This document shows positions 55,810 to 64,000 of a DNA stretch of 64,000 nt, one piece after another (the stretch's first letter is position 1; the number at the start of each line of letters is the position of its first letter). The stretch covers positions 6,708,889 through 6,772,888 of the forward strand of contig CAVNZM010000012.1 in the NCBI GenBank assembly GCA_963693365.1, read 5' to 3'. The stretch comes from Amoebidium appalachense (Eukaryota > Protista > Ichthyosporea). The translations under genes and the position numbers were made by a program. The notes under the pieces were generated by a model. It did no database searches. It saw only the letters and a list, made by a program, of their open reading frames with translations, and was not told the origin of the DNA.

Positions 55810-55880
55810 TGATCACGTGGTAACCCAATCAGAATCGATTGAGCCAACTTCATGAACCTCGAGGGATATATAAATGCGGG
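55810..55880 (+). promoter_or_regulatory. Putative Pol II promoter: E-box CACGTG (55814), CCAAT (55825), TATATAAA (55867)
   Basis: Canonical order and spacing ~120-180 bp upstream of the hydrolase start; motif evidence only. Confidence 0.5.
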
Positions 55881-55992
55881 GGCCGCGGTGCCTTGCACTC
55901 AATTCATTCAACCGCACGATCTACAAAAAGAAACAATCGAGTCTACAGGACAATACACGCGTCGCATTCATTACTAACGCAGACTCTGCAAA

Positions 55993-57258
55993 ATGGCATG
56001 TCAAACCCTCAAAATGAAATCTCTTCTTCTTGCCTGTGCCACGACTCTACTTCTGACACCGTCTGTTCAGGCATGCAGCGACTTCCAGCTGCGCTACCCA
56101 ATCGCCAGCGACCAACGCACCTCGTACACGGTGTCTGCACGCACAATCGACTGGGGAAACCCGGATATGTACGCAAACCTGCACGCCATACCCGAGGGAA
56201 CAGAGGTAGAGCTTATGGGCGGCAAGGACTGCAATGATTGCGCCATAACAAAGGTCACAGCAAAGTACGGGCATGTCTACGTGGACACCATGTACGAGAC
56301 CCGTGCAGCCATGGACGGCCTGAACACTGCCGGTCTGTCTGGGGCCTTTCTGGAGCTTTTTAAGGGCACCTTGTACCCAAAGCACGTCAGGGAAGACACC
56401 CGGCCGGCCCTGGCATCCTACAGCCTTATCGACTACATGCTCGCCATGTGCGACACTGTCGACTGTGTGAAGAAAGAACTCGCAGCACACCAAGTGGTCG
56501 AGGGGTCCTCCCCTGCCCTGAACATGATGGGAGGGTCCTACGGCGCCCACTTTCAATTCCACGACCGCGTAGGAAAGTCGCTGGTGGTCGAGTTTATTGG
56601 CGCAAATTTCTCCTCTTTCGCCCCGCTGTGCTTCAACTCCACTGAGGCCATGCACAAGTACGCCGAGCAGGCGGGTGCCCGTGTGTGCGTTTACGACAAC
56701 GTGGTGAAGGTGATGACCAACGACCCCAACTTTGAGCAAATGATTGCCAACCTGACCGGTCGCCTCGGAGGTATCGAGTACGAAGACATCTCCACTGTCC
56801 CAAACGCCACCATTGCCGAAGTTCTGCGCACGTCAGGGGGGTTCACGCCAAACAACCGGTTTGCGCACCTTGCCATGCTGCAAGAACTGGGTGTGCGCAA
56901 TAATGGGGAGTGGGTGCTGGGCACAGACAACGACAAGCTCTCGTTTGCGCCAATTAACCCGCGGGACGACCACATCAGTGCTGCCACGGCCATGATTGGG
57001 CGTGTGACGGTGGCCAAGGGGCTTGTGGAGCTCGAAGCCAGCGGGCTGCAGGACTGGACCACCGCATACACCTTTGCCCGAGACCACGTGCACGGGCTGT
57101 ACTACTTTAACACTCCCGCCATCAGGAATATGCGGGTGGTGGATCTGAGCAAACTTGTGCTTGGGAAGGACGGAAAGGGTCTCAAGCGCAAAAGCCTGCC
57201 CCTCGCCAAGCCACTCGGGCCTAAGTATGAAGATGTGAGCATCGCATTGTGGGAATAG
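55993..57258 (+). CDS. Secreted choloylglycine hydrolase / penicillin V acylase family Ntn-hydrolase (linear amide C-N hydrolase), intronless
   Basis: Signal peptide MKSLLLACATTLLLTPSVQA is followed directly by the candidate nucleophile Cys (56074). Family motifs SARTIDW, DGLNTAGL, H..FHD..GKSLVVEF, VMTNDP, RF and YYF are present. The likely start is 56014. Confidence 0.9.
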   Translation: MACQTLKMKSLLLACATTLLLTPSVQACSDFQLRYPIASDQRTSYTVSARTIDWGNPDMYANLHAIPEGTEVELMGGKDCNDCAITKVTAKYGHVYVDTMYETRAAMDGLNTAGLSGAFLELFKGTLYPKHVREDTRPALASYSLIDYMLAMCDTVDCVKKELAAHQVVEGSSPALNMMGGSYGAHFQFHDRVGKSLVVEFIGANFSSFAPLCFNSTEAMHKYAEQAGARVCVYDNVVKVMTNDPNFEQMIANLTGRLGGIEYEDISTVPNATIAEVLRTSGGFTPNNRFAHLAMLQELGVRNNGEWVLGTDNDKLSFAPINPRDDHISAATAMIGRVTVAKGLVELEASGLQDWTTAYTFARDHVHGLYYFNTPAIRNMRVVDLSKLVLGKDGKGLKRKSLPLAKPLGPKYEDVSIALWE

Positions 57259-57591
57259 ACACTCGATATTTTTCAGCCACTCTCAGTATACGTACAGTCA
57301 TATCATAGTGTCACGGTAGCATGCTATATATTTCGGAACCGATCTCTATAACAAGGGTCCATTAATCTGAGTTCAAACAATAATAGTTGTACATAGACGC
57401 TTCAGTGTGTTCGTTCTACAGTTCTGCTTCAAAACGGTTGAAGTTTAATGATTCATCAAAATAAACTTTAGAATACAAGCTTACGTCTAATAGCGGTGCC
57501 ATGTATAGATGGTGAATGACAATTATCATTCCCGGCCCTAAATGATCCGATGATGAAAATATTGCATTCTCTCTCTCTCTCTCTCTCTCTC

Positions 57592-57628
<37 letters not shown>

Positions 57629-57932
57629 TTCCCCTCCGCCGGGCCCCTCCTTCCTCCCCCTCCTCCCTCCTCTCTCCCCACCCTCCCATTTGCAACTCTC
57701 GAGCTGCCCTCTCTCTTCCCTCTCACTTCGTGATTTTTCTATTCTGATCGCCTCACAAAGGCGTATCCCATTCACTTGGTTTCTCCCTGTAACACCGGGC
57801 AGAATTTCTCTAGTGTGTGCAATGGGCTCTTTTCGTCTTTGAACAATTTAATCGCATAAATCATCATTGATCTCCTACTGCAAAGACTTATCAGTGCATA
57901 GGAGTAGAAATCGTCTTTTTTTTGGGGTGGGT

Positions 57933-57967
<35 letters not shown>

Positions 57968-59367
57968 AAAAAATGTCTACAGATGAAAACCAATCAGTAC
58001 CACGGATTGCGACACAGACACAGCCCAACGGTGCCACAAAAAATCCGGGTGGATGCATATGAGGAACGGGGGGGGGGGGGGGGGGGGGGGAAAGAGGGAG
58101 GAGAGTGGGGGGGGGGGGGGGGGGGAGAGGAGAGAGACTCGGGGAGAGAGGGGGGGGGGGGAGAGCCGAGAGAAGGAGAGGGGGGGAGGGAGGGAGAAAG
58201 AGAGGGGGGGGGGGGGGGGGAGAAGGAGCAATAGCGAGGGAGGGAGGGAGGGGAGGAGAGAGAGAGAGAGAGAGGGAGGGAGAGAGGGAGAGGGGAGAGA
58301 GGGAGAGAGAGAGAGGGGGGGGGGGGGAAAGGGGAGTGGGGGGGGGGGGGGGGGGGAGAAGAGAGAGACGGAGCTTGTGTTTTCTGCCCATATAACCCTA
58401 CGTGCAACGTGAGCACGTGTGACGGCCCAACCATGCCCAAAGAATACTACGCACAGGGCACATACATCAAGCAGCTCGGGTCTAAGCTGAAGGAGAGGTG
58501 TAGAGATGGTTGTGTATATTCACGTGCACACGGTGCCTTTCCCCCACAACCAGTCTACGTGCATTTGTGTTCTCTCGGCAAGGGCGGGAATAGAGCCTCG
58601 GAAGCAGCTACCAATAGGCTGCATCACTTTTAGCTGCATTCCTTATTAGGTCAGTTGCTCTGAGCCTTACGTATGCAGTTAGGAGCGATGCAAAGAACGC
58701 GAACACTTTGCCAGCCTGTATATTAGCCTAAGTGCGCGGCACACACTGTGTGCTGTAGACACTGCATTGGGCACTAGACATAGACATGTAGCACTGTAGT
58801 ATATAACTTCAAGCTAGATTATGATCACCCTTGAGAAGCTCATGTACTCATGTATATGTCATGTACTTTATTAAGTAGGGCCACTATGCCTATTGGCTGT
58901 CGCCTTACAAAAGTATGCGAGCAGTGCTCTCCGGACCGGCGGAAACCAAGGGACTATAAAAGGCTGGTACATTCCAGGCTTGGGTCACTTGCGCGGGGCT
59001 CTGTGTCCGAGTAAACGTTACACTACTCGTGCAGTGTCAGACTAGATGTGTATACACACCCTGGTTTTAAGAGGGTGTCATGTATACATCTACGCAACAG
59101 GAATGGGCCGGTTGGTACAATATGCCCCCCCCCCCCCCCCCCCCCCCTTGCCCCCCCCCCCCCCTCCCCTTTCTGCCGCTTTGCAGGCACATTTTCGATC
59201 AGCGAACTTTATCGCACCTAACATGGCATGAGGCTTTCTCAACATCAACGTTACTCCCCCCTTCCACTTCGATCCTCCCCCCTCCCCTCCCTCCTACCCC
59301 CTCCTTTCCCCCTTTATCCCCCCCGGCCCCCCGACCAGGCACCAGCACCACCACCACCACACTAGCG

Positions 59368-59406
<39 letters not shown>

Positions 59407-61002
59407 GCACGCACACGTGCGCGCACACACGCACACACACACGCATACGCACACGCACATGCACACACACATTCACACACGCACACGGACATGCACGCAC
59501 GCACACGGACACTCCCATTCCATTCATCTGCTGCCCCCCTCCGGCCCCCCCTCCCCCCCCCCCCCCCTCCCCCCGGCCTCCTCCCCATCCCACTCTTCCG
59601 GTCTTCTCCGTCCAACCTTCTTCCCTCCCTTCACCTCACAAAAGATGGCAGTCCCGAAAGAAATGCAGTAGAACCCCCCCCCCCCCCAGCCCCCCCCCCT
59701 CTCTCTCTTCCCCCCCCCCCCCCCCCCCCCCCCCCCCGCCCTACCCCCAGCCCCCCATCCCCCCCCGCTGCAACCCCCTTCTCTCCCCCTCTCCCCCTCA
59801 CCCCAGCCCCCATCCCCCCCCCACACCAACCCCTCCCCCCCCCCTCCCCCGGTTCCCCATCCCCCCCCCCAATATCCAACCCCCAGCTTTCCCCCGCGCC
59901 CCCCCCTCCCCCCCTCCTCCCAAACCCACTCCTTTTGATCTTTCCCCCTCGCGAGCACCCACCCTACCGACGTTCCATTTCCGCCCCCACGTTGTTGTTG
60001 ACAGTCTTCTTGGGACGGGGCGAAACCCGGGGGCTGGAAGAGAAACCCCGCAGGCAGTTGTGAAACCCTTCAAGTATAATATATGCGTCTAAAAATGGTA
60101 GCAAGGCGCAGAAAAGGGTCGTGGATACTTTCTGCACCCCGATTATGCAGAAGGCGGATGGCCCGGTAAGTAAGTGTGTTAGCTTTGGTTCATCTAAAGG
60201 TTACCGTCGACACCTAGGCCTACCTTTAAGTTTTTTAGATAACTAAAAAGGGCTTGTTTGCCTTTTTACTAATAGGAAGGATTTGAAACCAGCTGAAAGG
60301 GGGGGGAGGAAGGGGGGAAGGGGGGAGGGAGGGGGCGGGGGATTAGCCTTGGCGACAACATCTTATCTAAGTAGATGATATAAATTGTATAGAAATGACC
60401 TGCTTAAATGATGACAAACCTCTACATTACGATAAATAATAAAAGTTATCTGGATATGCTGAGATTACCTTGGGAAACGACTTGAAGTCTTAAAGATCTG
60501 ACCAAGATATGACCTGCCTAAAAGGTAGCACCCACCTCAGCTTCAAGAGAAAATAGACAATGTTACCTTGCTATTGACTGAATTGTTGACTTCACAAGGG
60601 ATGGGGGAAGGGGGGGGGGGGGGGGGAGGGGGGAGGGGGGCGGGGGAGAGGGGGGAAAGGAGACCTCGAGCCCCGGGGGGGGGGGGGGGGAGGCCTCGAG
60701 CCGGGCGCGGGGGAGGGGAGGGGGGGGGGGGACGTTTCTCAACTGCACAACTCCAACCGGTTACCTTCAAGTTTTAACTATTAAAAGATATCATCATCCT
60801 ACATATATGCTCGCCCAAATATGTTCTCTCTTTCTTAGGCTTCCCCATTGTTTACTGGGAATGGAAGATTCCTTGGTTGCCGAATTTGAAATAAAATTTA
60901 TTTGAAACAAGAAGAATGAGTCGAGTCGTGTGTGTGTGTGCCGCAAGTCAGAAAAAGACTGTGTGTGGCACAGTGAATTCTAGTTTGTTGCGGCTAGTGT
61001 GC

Positions 61003-61126
<124 letters not shown>

Positions 61127-61689
61127 CACCTATGTGAGTTTTTGTGTGAGACGGTGTGCGTGTGTGTGTGTGTGTGTGTGCGTGTGTGTGTTTGTGTGTG
61201 TGTGTGTGTGTGTATGTGTGTGTGACTACTACTGTGTGTGTGTGTGTGTACACGTGTTATGTGCGTGAAAGCTGTGCGCGCAAGTAGTCATGATGACCGC
61301 GTGTGAGCGTGTGAGTGTGTGGTCGTGTGGGAGCGCGTGCATGCGTGGGTGTGCATGTGTGCGTGGCTTCATGTGTACATGTGCTTGTGAGCGTGTGAGC
61401 GAGCTCGGGCACGAAGAGGACGGGCACGGGTGGGCCGTAGCCTCCCAGGCTTGCACCGACTAGCTTACGTAATAGGCCCGGGCTATGCTGCATAACGGGC
61501 CTGCGGCCCTGCGACTACATACGTTTAGCTATGTCTGTACAGAGTACAGTTTGCACTCCGCACGCCTGGAAGATTCTACAGATAGACGGAATCTTTTATG
61601 GCAATTAGAGCCCGGTGGTTCCCAAGACCATGATCTTGTGCGTGTGTAGGGGAGAAAGAAGGAGAGGGGGGGATCCGGAGGGGGAAAGG

Positions 61690-63511
<1,822 letters not shown>

Positions 63512-63580
63512 TGTGTCTGTGTGTGTGTGTGTGTGGGTGGGTGGGTGGGTGGGTGGGTGGGTGGGCGAGTGTCCTGTCGT

Positions 63581-63629
<49 letters not shown>

Positions 63630-63901
63630 CAACCGGCTAAGAAAGAGTGTAACTGGTTTACATTAATGGGTCCACGGTGCCCGGACAGGGACTCCCCGGC
63701 TCTACTTTGCACCAGTCTGTGCGAAAAGGTGTGCATATATCATGATGTTTGTACATTTGGTATTTTGTGTTCGTTTGTCACTGTGTGTGTTTGTGTGTGC
63801 GTGTGGTGTGTGTGTGTGTGTGTGCACGGTGCACGTTGTGTGTGTGGCCCACTCTCCCCCCTACCCCCCTGGCCTGTGGGTCCTTTTCTTGGGCTTGTGT
63901 T

Positions 63902-63932
<31 letters not shown>

Positions 63933-64000
63933 GGGGAGGGGGGCTGTGCGAAGATGTGTGCATATGTCTGTGTGTACATTTGCATTTTGTGTTCGTTTGT

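Noticed and set aside
58418-59022. Possible solo LTR (TGTGACG...CGTTACA)
   Set aside because: The flanks (GCACG / CTACT) give no TSD.

Overview
Eukaryotic genomic DNA with GT-AG spliceosomal introns (probably a unicellular eukaryote; the taxon cannot be fixed from this window). It is saturated with poly(G)/poly(C), (CA)/(GT) and (GA)/(CT) tracts, so almost all of the supplied ORF track is microsatellite noise. Genes assembled by hand: BLOC1S1 (4 exons, minus), divergent from a multi-exon helical-repeat (OPR/HPR/FASTK-like) gene; a ~7 kb tandem duplication giving one intact and one pseudogenised C2H2 zinc-finger gene plus one truncated and one intact prefoldin-3 gene; and an intronless, signal-peptide-bearing choloylglycine hydrolase/penicillin V acylase-family gene. 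Mobile DNA: a solo LTR with a target-site duplication (TSD); three nested 5'-truncated non-LTR retrotransposons ending in GTAAACCC(CC) rather than poly(A); and ~13 copies of a structured element with a fixed 3' end (CATTCAA) and variable 5' end, mostly embedded in poly(C). The strongest candidates for an undescribed system are (i) a possible poly(C)-linked retroposition system and (ii) an intron architecture with duplicated splice junctions, G/GT-rich 5' halves, C/CA-rich 3' halves and (CA)n-AG acceptors. Both are hypotheses from manual reading; no alignment, folding or database search was run.
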